Of a stretch of 64,000 bases of DNA, positions 1 through 6,539 are shown piece after piece. The DNA comes from an uncultured virus (IMG/VR IMGVR_UViG_3300042453_001749) (lineage: Duplodnaviria > Heunggongvirae > Uroviricota > Caudoviricetes). The DNA lies in IMG/VR virus record IMGVR_UViG_3300042453_001749. One strand, 5' to 3'. Below the pieces are notes generated by a model that did no database searches, was not told the DNA's origin, and saw only the letters and a list, made by a program, of their open reading frames with translations. The position numbers were made by a program, and so were the translations under genes. Numbering within the stretch: position 1 is the first letter of the stretch; every line of letters starts with the position of its first letter.

Positions 1-40
1 AAGAATCTGACTTTGAAGATAGTGCTAATGGTGTAGCATA

Positions 41-217
41 ATGAACCTCACATATAACCTCAAACAATTCTGGTTGCGAAGATTGATGTGGAGGTGGGCA
101 TATCAAACTTGGACGGACCTTATGACTTATGATGGAACTGACCTTGAATGGGACTTTGAAGATTATCACAATATGTTTTGGGACTATCTGAACTATGGAT
201 ACATTAGAGACTTATGA
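41..217 (+). CDS. Small Trp-rich hypothetical protein (58 aa; not in ORF track)
   Basis: ATG41-TGA217 reads MNLTYNLKQFWLRRLMWRWAYQTWTDLMT...FWDYLNYGYIRDL; start overlaps an upstream TAA, stop overlaps the next ATG (ATGA). Confidence 0.7.
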   Translation: MNLTYNLKQFWLRRLMWRWAYQTWTDLMTYDGTDLEWDFEDYHNMFWDYLNYGYIRDL

Positions 218-408
218 CTAAACTAGTAAGGTGGGAAGAAAACCCAGACGAAATCGTGCTGGAAGAGGTGGAAATGTTTCACCTGGAAAGTATGAACGAA
301 CGGAGTCTATGGGTGGGCATTTACACACAAGACAAAAAGATCTACCACTTGAATATTCACGCTGATGGTGATAAACTGAGATACTACTGGAGCGATGAAA
401 CGCTATGA
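214..408 (+). CDS. Hypothetical phage protein
   Basis: 64 aa ORF with ATGA overlaps at both ends. Confidence 0.75.
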   Translation: MTKLVRWEENPDEIVLEEVEMFHLESMNERSLWVGIYTQDKKIYHLNIHADGDKLRYYWSDETL

Positions 409-614
409 CCCAACTAACACAAGAACAAAGACAAACAATTGAAGACGCACTCAATTCTCTTCCACAACCTGTGAGAAAGGGAATGTATGCTACTATGGAA
501 GGAATTGAAGAACAACTTGCTCGTGGTGATAAAATCATTTTCTATATGAAACCACATAATGTTCCTGGTGGTTTTTCTATTGATAAAATGAGTGTTGGTG
601 ATGAAACGCCGTGA
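405..614 (+). CDS. Hypothetical phage protein
   Basis: 69 aa ORF, translationally coupled to both neighbours. Confidence 0.7.
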   Translation: MTQLTQEQRQTIEDALNSLPQPVRKGMYATMEGIEEQLARGDKIIFYMKPHNVPGGFSIDKMSVGDETP

Positions 615-841
615 CCTGGAAAGAATACTGGCAGATGACCAAATGGGAATGGTTTATTGAAGGTTTCCGCAATATTGAGTATATCATAAATTGTTACACT
701 ACCCAATATCCTTATGGGGTTGATGACTTCTGGGAGGCATTATCGTGGGGTTGGTGTTGCGAATACATCTATCCTTATGATGATCCTTATGATCCTCGTA
801 TGTCGCCAGAACGTAAGTTGAGATTGGGAAGATGGTCTTAA
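611..841 (+). CDS. Trp/Tyr-rich hypothetical protein
   Basis: GTG start overlaps the upstream TGA; 76 aa. Confidence 0.7.
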   Translation: MTWKEYWQMTKWEWFIEGFRNIEYIINCYTTQYPYGVDDFWEALSWGWCCEYIYPYDDPYDPRMSPERKLRLGRWS

Positions 842-1053
842 ACTTTATATTGCCTCTGTGGTATAGATACAAAGAATGGAGATGGGAACGTAAGTGTATC
901 AAACATCTGGGCATGAAACCACAAAAGATGTATGTTTCGAAGGAAGCATATGATGCACTGATTAAGGCAATCAATGAACCACCTGATCCAGAAAGAATTG
1001 CAAGGTTTAAAGAAATACTCAACAAAAAAGCACCATGGGATGAAGAATCATGA
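832..1053 (+). CDS. Hypothetical protein; C-terminus resembles the DUF1778/TacA-type antitoxin tail
   Basis: VSKEAYDALIKAINEPPDP...FKEILNKKAPWD pattern. Confidence 0.6.
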   Translation: MVLNFILPLWYRYKEWRWERKCIKHLGMKPQKMYVSKEAYDALIKAINEPPDPERIARFKEILNKKAPWDEES

Positions 1054-1352
1054 ACTTAATTCAATTTAAACATCGTCAAGACTTTGGACATGATTGGTAT
1101 GTTCAAATTCTCAATACTGGTAAACATGTTCCAAAGTTTATTAGGCATCGATCATTACTGCAATTCTCTGTGAGTTGGAATGATTATCCATCAGGGCCTT
1201 ATGTTCAAATTACAATGGGAAGTAATGGTCTCTTTGGTGCTCTCTTCTGGGTGTATAAGTTTGGATGTGATGTAGATCTGATCTCCCGCACTTGGAGTTG
1301 GGATCATCTACATGAACTTGATGAGGAATCTGACGTTGACGGAGAAGGATAA
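1050..1352 (+). CDS. Hypothetical phage protein
   Basis: 100 aa ORF, ATGA overlap with the upstream gene. Confidence 0.7.
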   Translation: MNLIQFKHRQDFGHDWYVQILNTGKHVPKFIRHRSLLQFSVSWNDYPSGPYVQITMGSNGLFGALFWVYKFGCDVDLISRTWSWDHLHELDEESDVDGEG

Positions 1353-1503
1353 GATCTATTATAATGTTTGGGGTTGTGCTCATCAAAGACGTTATCTTGC
1401 AAAACAAAAAGGCAATTTTGCCCTCTATGATCGTGAGCATGAAACAATTCTAATGTGTCTGAATATCGCAAAATGGATTAAATTTGATTCTGATAGAAAA
1501 TGA
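1312..1503 (+). CDS. Hypothetical phage protein (start may be ATG1321)
   Basis: Fills the gap; ATGA overlap with the next gene. Confidence 0.6.
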   Translation: MNLMRNLTLTEKDKIYYNVWGCAHQRRYLAKQKGNFALYDREHETILMCLNIAKWIKFDSDRK

Positions 1504-1706
1504 ATCCACTTCAATGGAAAACCTGCCCATCATGTAAATGCAATCTTGTAGATGATGAAATCTCTGATGAACTTAAGCATACATGTGAACCTGCTGCATT
1601 TTATTCTAAACTGTTAGGAGGAAGAAATGAACAAACATGGAAAATTGAATATTGGAAATGCCCTGAATGTAATACGGTATTTAAACCAGGAGAGTTAAAT
1701 GTTTAG
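1500..1706 (+). CDS. Small Zn-ribbon protein
   Basis: CPSC...WKCPEC pair of CxxC motifs. Confidence 0.7.
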   Translation: MNPLQWKTCPSCKCNLVDDEISDELKHTCEPAAFYSKLLGGRNEQTWKIEYWKCPECNTVFKPGELNV

Positions 1707-2079
1707 TACACCATTGAAAGGAACAGCAAAGAATAAAACTAAACTGAATTGGTGGGAGTATTGGATTGGTCATTGTTGGATGACTGGTTGGCAATCTATG
1801 AGTATGACTTTTCGTATTTGGTCTGATCTCATGACTTCCAATTATAAGGGTTATGCATTACTGAAAGAAGATGATCCAGAACAAGAATGTATTGAATGGT
1901 TCTGGGCATCATTAAATGAAGATGATGTATATCCAAAAGAGTTTCTTGAATATCTCATGCAACTTGCAGATGATGTAGAAACAGGTAAAGAGAAGGTAGT
2001 TCCATTAGATGAAAACTTCTTTCAAAGACTTAAAGATTTAACCGATGATGTGGAGTTAGATGATGATGAAGAAGAGTAA
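1699..2079 (+). CDS. Trp-rich hypothetical protein with acidic tail
   Basis: 126 aa; AGGAG about 6 nt upstream of the ATG. Confidence 0.75.
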   Translation: MFSTPLKGTAKNKTKLNWWEYWIGHCWMTGWQSMSMTFRIWSDLMTSNYKGYALLKEDDPEQECIEWFWASLNEDDVYPKEFLEYLMQLADDVETGKEKVVPLDENFFQRLKDLTDDVELDDDEEE

Positions 2080-2290
2080 GTATTCTCAATTAAAGAGTTA
2101 TCTTGAGACGAAGCATTCCTATTATGCTGACTTAGGTAAGTACAACCTCGGTGATCGTGAAAGCATGGAGAGTGAGTATAAATGGAGGTTGTTGTGTGAT
2201 ATTATGGAGTATGTTGATTCTCTTGAATTATGGGACGATATTGACCGAAATATGATGAAAAAAGGTGAAAAAGTGATTAAAATCAATTAA
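2060..2290 (+). CDS. Hypothetical phage protein
   Basis: 76 aa; GGAG upstream; last gene before the AT-rich non-coding region. Confidence 0.6.
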   Translation: MMMKKSKYSQLKSYLETKHSYYADLGKYNLGDRESMESEYKWRLLCDIMEYVDSLELWDDIDRNMMKKGEKVIKIN

Positions 2291-2443
2291 AAATGTATTT
2301 AAAAACATATATGTGTTGTTTATATCTTTTCTCAATTAGTTGTTTAAATGAGAATCAATAGGTGTTATTGTTGAGAATAATGAGTGTGGGTCTTGTGTAT
2401 AATGTTCTTATAAATGTGCCCAGGTCTTGTGATCTTAGCCCGC

Positions 2444-2472
2444 ATTCTATCAGAACTCCGCGAAAAAGTCAA
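2444..2472 (-). promoter_or_regulatory. Sigma70-like leftward promoter
   Basis: Minus strand reads TTGACT-17 nt-TAGAAT with an extended -10 TG. Confidence 0.6.
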
Positions 2473-2507
2473 GACCCGCCGAAAAACTATCAGGACCCCG
2501 ACACAAA

Positions 2508-2885
2508 ATCTCGACGAGGACTTGACGAAATCTCGACGAGATCTTATAATACATCAAGAGTCGCCAAACTCTTCAGAATCTCGACTAGATACCCGTCACA
2601 AAATCTAGTCGAGAATCACACATAATATCTCGACTAGATTCACAATATCTTATAACATCTCGACTAGATTCACAATATCTTATACACAAATCTCGTGCTA
2701 GAATCGCACACAATCTCGACGAGATATGCATCAAATCTCGTGCTAGAATCGTGCATAGATCTCGACGAGATATGCATATAGTGCAAGAATCGTGCTGCAC
2801 CCCACTCACCCCTACCCACACCATCTCGATGTGCTTAAGCACACAATCTCGATAAGGTATGCATATATATTCACATGATCTCGAT
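2508..2885. repeat. Array of about 13 ATCTCG-based palindromic or degenerate repeats
   Basis: ATCTCGACGAG(AT) at 2508, 2530, 2713, 2759; ATCTCGACTAGAT at 2578, 2627, 2657; an inverted copy at 2603; ATCTCGTGCTAGAATCG at 2690, 2735; ATCTCGAT at 2823, 2846, 2878. A 28-nt direct repeat lies at 2627-2654 and 2657-2684. Confidence 0.9.
2522..2550 (+). promoter_or_regulatory. Sigma70-like promoter with a palindrome in its spacer
   Basis: TTGACG(2522)-17 nt-TATAAT(2545); ATCTCGACGAGAT at 2530-2542 lies between the boxes. Confidence 0.75.
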
Positions 2886-2896
2886 GCACATATGTA

Positions 2897-2925
2897 TTGA
2901 CATGTGCATGTTCTCATGTTATGAT
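2897..2925 (+). promoter_or_regulatory. Sigma70-like promoter
   Basis: TTGACA-17 nt-TATGAT with an extended TG. Confidence 0.75.
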
Positions 2926-2950
2926 ACATGTAGTTCGCGGACAGATTCTT

Positions 2951-3112
2951 ATGCCTTACGCACAGAAACAAAAGTACAGAATTACTCTTGAACTTGAAGT
3001 CTTCGAAGACTTCGACCCACATCAAATAGATTGGGAAGATCTTTTTGATCTTGGTGGTGATGAGAATGTTAAGGCTTATGTTGAGGATCTGACTTTAGAT
3101 CGAGTATGGTGA
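2951..3112 (+). CDS. Small acidic hypothetical protein (start reassigned to ATG2951)
   Basis: MPYAQKQKYRITLELEVFEDFDPHQIDWEDLF...; the track start TTG2897 is the -35 box. Confidence 0.7.
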   Translation: MPYAQKQKYRITLELEVFEDFDPHQIDWEDLFDLGGDENVKAYVEDLTLDRVW

Positions 3113-3121
3113 TTGTACCAT

Positions 3122-3147
3122 AACCCTAGACATCTGTCTAGGGTTTT
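3122..3147 (+). terminator. Probable intrinsic terminator
   Basis: AACCCTAGAC-atct-GTCTAGGGTT followed by TT. Confidence 0.55.
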
Positions 3148-3160
3148 ATAATATCTTAAT

Positions 3161-3188
3161 ATTCTCAATAAGCACCATTATTGAGAAT
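3161..3188. repeat. Perfect 11-bp inverted repeat
   Basis: ATTCTCAATAA-gcacca-TTATTGAGAAT. Confidence 0.8.
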
Positions 3189-3238
3189 GACCAAAACTCC
3201 CCAAATAGTTAAATACTACTAGACCTGATATCAGTAAC

Positions 3239-3490
3239 ATGTCCGAAGAATTAATTGTTGAAGAAATTGTAGAAGACTACGGTGTATGGGAAAATGCACA
3301 AACTGAGAGCGTAGCAAACTACCTTACTCTAGATGCACTTGGATCTAACCTACGCCACCGCTGCGGTTCTTATAAAGAATTCGTGTTTGAGGCAAATAAG
3401 TTCAGCCTCTACGAAACTCCCGATGGAGTATCATTTAACGATGCGAACGTAAAGTATACCGTACTGGAGAGCCAACTCTGGGACAGTTGA
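3239..3490 (+). CDS. Acidic hypothetical protein
   Basis: 83 aa; late-like TTAAATA at 3209-3215. Confidence 0.65.
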   Translation: MSEELIVEEIVEDYGVWENAQTESVANYLTLDALGSNLRHRCGSYKEFVFEANKFSLYETPDGVSFNDANVKYTVLESQLWDS

Positions 3491-3538
3491 GGTACTGGCA
3501 CACACCCCCTTGCAATTGCCCACGATCTGGTCCATACT
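3479..3538 (+). promoter_or_regulatory. Palindrome-type early promoter 1
   Basis: TGGGACA-N10-TGGCACA, then TTGCAA-17 nt-CATACT(3533). Confidence 0.7.
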
Positions 3539-3565
3539 ACCTGAGTCAACGCAATTTTGTCGATC

Positions 3566-3880
3566 ATGCGTAAGATTGAACAGCAGATGAACAACGCAAT
3601 CAACAATCAGGTTGATTGGAAGTCTGCTAACACCGAGGTCGTGAGTTGCAGCAACGTTACCGATGTGTTTCTGCATGGTAACCTCATCGCTCGGATTGGT
3701 GAAACCTGGATCGAATTGTTTGATGGTGGGCATCAAACTAACACCACCAAGTCTCGCCTGAATGCTATTCTTGCCGAGCATGGTGTGCCTGGTGAGCGTG
3801 TCTTTCAAAAGAACTTTGATTGGTTCGTGAGTCAGGCAGGTGGCGCGATTCCGTTCTTTTCTGGAATGCGTCTTAACTGA
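3566..3880 (+). CDS. Cyanophage-type hypothetical protein (start ATG3566)
   Basis: MRKIEQQMNNAI...LHGNLIARIG...TTKSRLNAIL; lies between a promoter and a terminator. Confidence 0.8.
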   Translation: MRKIEQQMNNAINNQVDWKSANTEVVSCSNVTDVFLHGNLIARIGETWIELFDGGHQTNTTKSRLNAILAEHGVPGERVFQKNFDWFVSQAGGAIPFFSGMRLN

Positions 3881-3903
3881 GGGGAATTCTCCCCTCTTTT
3901 TTT
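3879..3903 (+). terminator. Intrinsic terminator
   Basis: GAGGGGA-attc-TCCCCTC followed by T7. Confidence 0.85.
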
Positions 3904-3919
3904 CTAATTAATATTCGTG

Positions 3920-3978
3920 GTGGACAGTCGGTAAGGTGTCCACTGTTCTCCCCAAAGCACCCTGAGAGGTGCAATACT
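3920..3978 (+). promoter_or_regulatory. Palindrome-type early promoter 2
   Basis: Perfect GTGGACA-N10-TGTCCAC; TGcAATACT -10 at 3973; GGAGG SD downstream. Confidence 0.8.
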
Positions 3979-4001
3979 ATAAGAGTCAAAGGAGGAAATC
4001 A

Positions 4002-4130
4002 ATGTTTGAAGAACTTTGGTCCGAAATCCAAGATGCTCCTGGTGAGATCTTCGACCTTAACATTCCTGAGATTGAAGATAGCGAAGACTTTAACTTCAAT
4101 GATTATCTGAACGGCGATTACGAATACTGA
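4002..4130 (+). CDS. Very acidic microprotein (42 aa; not in track)
   Basis: MFEELWSEIQDAPGEIFDLNIPEIEDSEDFNFNDYLNGDYEY; AAAGGAGG SD. Confidence 0.8.
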   Translation: MFEELWSEIQDAPGEIFDLNIPEIEDSEDFNFNDYLNGDYEY

Positions 4131-4132
4131 TT

Positions 4133-4282
4133 ATGACTCTCACTTCTCTAACTTTTGAAGAATTGGATGCACTGCTCGCTCTCATTGAGTTTCATGATGA
4201 TTGGGACGAAGTGAGTGAAATTGTGGGTGCAGATGTTCCTGTACTGTATGAGAAACTGTCCGAAATGCGTGATGAGGTCTGA
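4133..4282 (+). CDS. Acidic microprotein (49 aa; not in track)
   Basis: MTLTSLTFEELDALLALIEFHDDWDEVSEIVG...; stop overlaps the next ATG. Confidence 0.75.
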   Translation: MTLTSLTFEELDALLALIEFHDDWDEVSEIVGADVPVLYEKLSEMRDEV

Positions 4283-4446
4283 TGACTGCACTTAAGGAGT
4301 ATCACTTCACCGACGAACAAATTGATTTCCTGTTACAAATTGTTCGTGATAATGCACAGTATGAAGATGACGAAGATCGTGAATGGATGGAAGAATTAGC
4401 AAATCAGATTGAAGATCAAATCGTAAATCATCCCACCAACGACTGA
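4282..4446 (+). CDS. Acidic microprotein (54 aa; not in track)
   Basis: MTALKEYHFTDEQIDFLLQIVRDNAQYEDDEDREWMEELANQIEDQ...; TGATG overlap, GAGG upstream. Confidence 0.75.
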   Translation: MTALKEYHFTDEQIDFLLQIVRDNAQYEDDEDREWMEELANQIEDQIVNHPTND

Positions 4447-4449
4447 ATC

Positions 4450-4689
4450 ATGACTAACAACGCTTACACCTGGACTGACGATTTCAGCGGACTTGTTGAG
4501 AAGTATGCTGAGTTCGTGATGGACTCCATGGACATGAAAACGATGGAGCAATTTGTATTTGATACGTTGGTTCAAGAGTATAACAAGTACAGTGAGGAAG
4601 AACTTATCACTGAGATTCGTGAGTGTTATGATGAAGAATGGTTTGCAGATAATGGGATTGAGTTAAAAGAATCCCCCGATGCCGTGTGA
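4450..4689 (+). CDS. Acidic hypothetical protein
   Basis: 79 aa ORF starting 3 nt after the previous stop. Confidence 0.8.
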   Translation: MTNNAYTWTDDFSGLVEKYAEFVMDSMDMKTMEQFVFDTLVQEYNKYSEEELITEIRECYDEEWFADNGIELKESPDAV

Positions 4690-4744
4690 CGGTTGGGGAA
4701 CTGGCACAAGGGGGGTTGCGATCCCCCCGAATCCGTGCAATACT
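4685..4744 (+). promoter_or_regulatory. Palindrome-type early promoter 3
   Basis: TGTGACG-N10-TGGCACA; TTGCGA-17 nt-AATACT(4739) with TG extension. Confidence 0.75.
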
Positions 4745-4750
4745 TAAAGC

Positions 4751-5656
4751 ATGAAAAACACCCACCTCGAACACCCCGAAGATTCCATCCTGACGGGTGA
4801 TCTTTCTGTCCTGGATTGGTTTGTAACTGAGAGCAATCTCAGCGTTAAGATTGATGGTGCTCCTGCGATTGTGTGGGGGATTGATCCTGCCTGCGGCGAG
4901 TTCTTTGTAGGAACCAAGGCAGTTTTTAACAAGAAAAAGATTCGTATTGCTCACAATCATGAGGAGATTGATCTCTTCTATCAAGGTGAAGTTGCGCGTA
5001 TTCTGCACGTTTGCTTTGATTATCTTCCTCGCACCAATTCTATCATCCAAGGTGATTTTATTGGTTTCAGCGGTTGTGATACTTATACTCCCAACACGAT
5101 CACTTATAAGTTTCCTGAAATCGTAGATCAGTGTGTAATCGTTGCACCGCATACGGTATACACTGCTGAGAATGATCTTCGTGATGCTGTTGCTTCCCCG
5201 ATGAAGTTCAGGATCACTGATACTGCTTACGTGAAGTTTGTGCAACCGAATGCATACATTCTGCACGGTCAAACTTCCTTCGCTGATGTAGAAGAGGTGT
5301 GCAACTTTGCCCGCCAAATGTCTACTGCTGTGGAGTTTGTTTCTGATAAGGAAGCAGCGAAGATTAAGCAACAACTGAATGCCTGCATTCGTGCTGGTGA
5401 ACAGATTAGCACTGAGAGCGTAAATGAGTTTGATTGTGATCCTAACCTGATCCGTTTGTGGGCATTGGTGAAGTCAATCAAGGATGATTGTTTGTTCCTT
5501 TGCCGCAATGATGGTCCTGCTGCTTACATCGGTTACAATCGAATTGATGCCGAAGGTTATGTGATGACCAATGAGTTTGGTATGTTTAAGTTGGTCAATC
5601 GTGAGGTCTTTTCCTATCATAATTTCAACAGCGGGCGCTTTCAGTGTGCCGCTTGA
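4751..5656 (+). CDS. Putative covalent nucleotidyltransferase / RNA-ligase-like protein (DUF6267-like from memory)
   Basis: SVKIDG (motif I KxDG), IQGDF, AEGYV and FKLV occur in ligase motif order. Confidence 0.6.
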   Translation: MKNTHLEHPEDSILTGDLSVLDWFVTESNLSVKIDGAPAIVWGIDPACGEFFVGTKAVFNKKKIRIAHNHEEIDLFYQGEVARILHVCFDYLPRTNSIIQGDFIGFSGCDTYTPNTITYKFPEIVDQCVIVAPHTVYTAENDLRDAVASPMKFRITDTAYVKFVQPNAYILHGQTSFADVEEVCNFARQMSTAVEFVSDKEAAKIKQQLNACIRAGEQISTESVNEFDCDPNLIRLWALVKSIKDDCLFLCRNDGPAAYIGYNRIDAEGYVMTNEFGMFKLVNREVFSYHNFNSGRFQCAA

Positions 5657-5703
5657 TTAACTGTCCACCATTCTCCCCATAGCACCCTCTGAGGTGCAAT
5701 ACT
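5645..5703 (+). promoter_or_regulatory. Palindrome-type early promoter 4
   Basis: TGTGCCG-N10-TGTCCAC; TGcAATACT at 5698. Confidence 0.8.
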
Positions 5704-5727
5704 ATAAGAGTCAAAGGAATTCGACCG

Positions 5728-5985
5728 ATGCCGACGACCTACCAGACCAACATCACCGACCGCACTTATAACGGTTGGACCAATTATGAGACCTGGAATG
5801 TTGTTCTCTGGATTGAGAATGATGAGAGCATCTACGACTTCATTCAGCAGCATGATATCTGCTGCTATGAAGATTTGCTGGATGCATTCTATGAATTCGG
5901 CACCAAGGAAACTCCCGATGGTGTACGTTGGGATGATCCTAAGGTGAACCGTGCTGAAATTAACGGCGACGTTTTCGACTTCTGA
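5728..5985 (+). CDS. Phage hypothetical protein (YNGWTNYETW type)
   Basis: 85 aa; AAAGGA SD; recognisable YNGWxNYETW motif. Confidence 0.8.
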   Translation: MPTTYQTNITDRTYNGWTNYETWNVVLWIENDESIYDFIQQHDICCYEDLLDAFYEFGTKETPDGVRWDDPKVNRAEINGDVFDF

Positions 5986-6079
5986 ATCTTAAAATCATGC
6001 TTCGTTTCATTAATCTTTGCCTGCAACCTTTCAATCGCAAGGTTGTAATCTTCACTGTAATCGAACCCCAATTCTGATC

Positions 6080-6220
6080 ATGATTCGCTACGAAGTTCGT
6101 TATCAAGTTCCTTACAATGATTGCGCTTGGCGTTCACAATGGTTCGGAACGTATGATGAGGCAATCCGTATGATCGAATTTTATAAGTCTTGCGGATCGC
6201 CCGCGTACCTTGCCCCTTAG
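6080..6220 (+). CDS. Small hypothetical protein (start ATG6080)
   Basis: MIRYEVRYQVPYNDCAWRSQWFGTYDEAIRMIEFYKSCGSPAYLAP. Confidence 0.7.
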   Translation: MIRYEVRYQVPYNDCAWRSQWFGTYDEAIRMIEFYKSCGSPAYLAP

Positions 6221-6279
6221 TGTGCCAGTCAGCGAACCGTCCACCAAATCGCCCGCTGCCCCCCATAAGGTGCAATACT
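6221..6279 (+). promoter_or_regulatory. Palindrome-type early promoter 5
   Basis: TGTGCCA-N10-CGTCCAC; TGcAATACT at 6274; AAAGGAG SD. Confidence 0.8.
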
Positions 6280-6303
6280 TAAAGAGTCAAAGGAGTTCAA
6301 CCG

Positions 6304-6480
6304 ATGCGCTTCTCACCCGCCACCCGCCTTTCTGATCGCCAGACCGTGTGGGTTGGTTATAAGAATGACGGCAGCAAGTTCAATCGGATTACTGATCCTG
6401 TGGGTCATCCTGCTTCTATCTGGGCAGCACAGTATTCTGAGACCCACGCTGATGATGTCCGCCCTGTAACTTTCGGTTGA
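6304..6480 (+). CDS. Small hypothetical protein (58 aa; not in track)
   Basis: MRFSPATRLSDRQTVWVGYKNDG...; AGGAG SD. Confidence 0.75.
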   Translation: MRFSPATRLSDRQTVWVGYKNDGSKFNRITDPVGHPASIWAAQYSETHADDVRPVTFG

Positions 6481-6539
6481 TTGATGGGAACGGGAGCGCC
6501 CTAAAGACTCCCAGCAAACTCTATCCCGTGTCGATCACA

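Noticed and set aside
2508..2885. CRISPR array
   Set aside because: Repeats are only about 13 nt, degenerate and irregularly spaced; the intervening sequences are themselves repeated; no cas genes in the window
2362..3025. ORFs 2362-2625(+), 2414-2608(+) and 2585-3025(-)
   Set aside because: They are translations of the palindromic repeats (SRRD/SRLD/ARDL), overlap promoters and lack an SD
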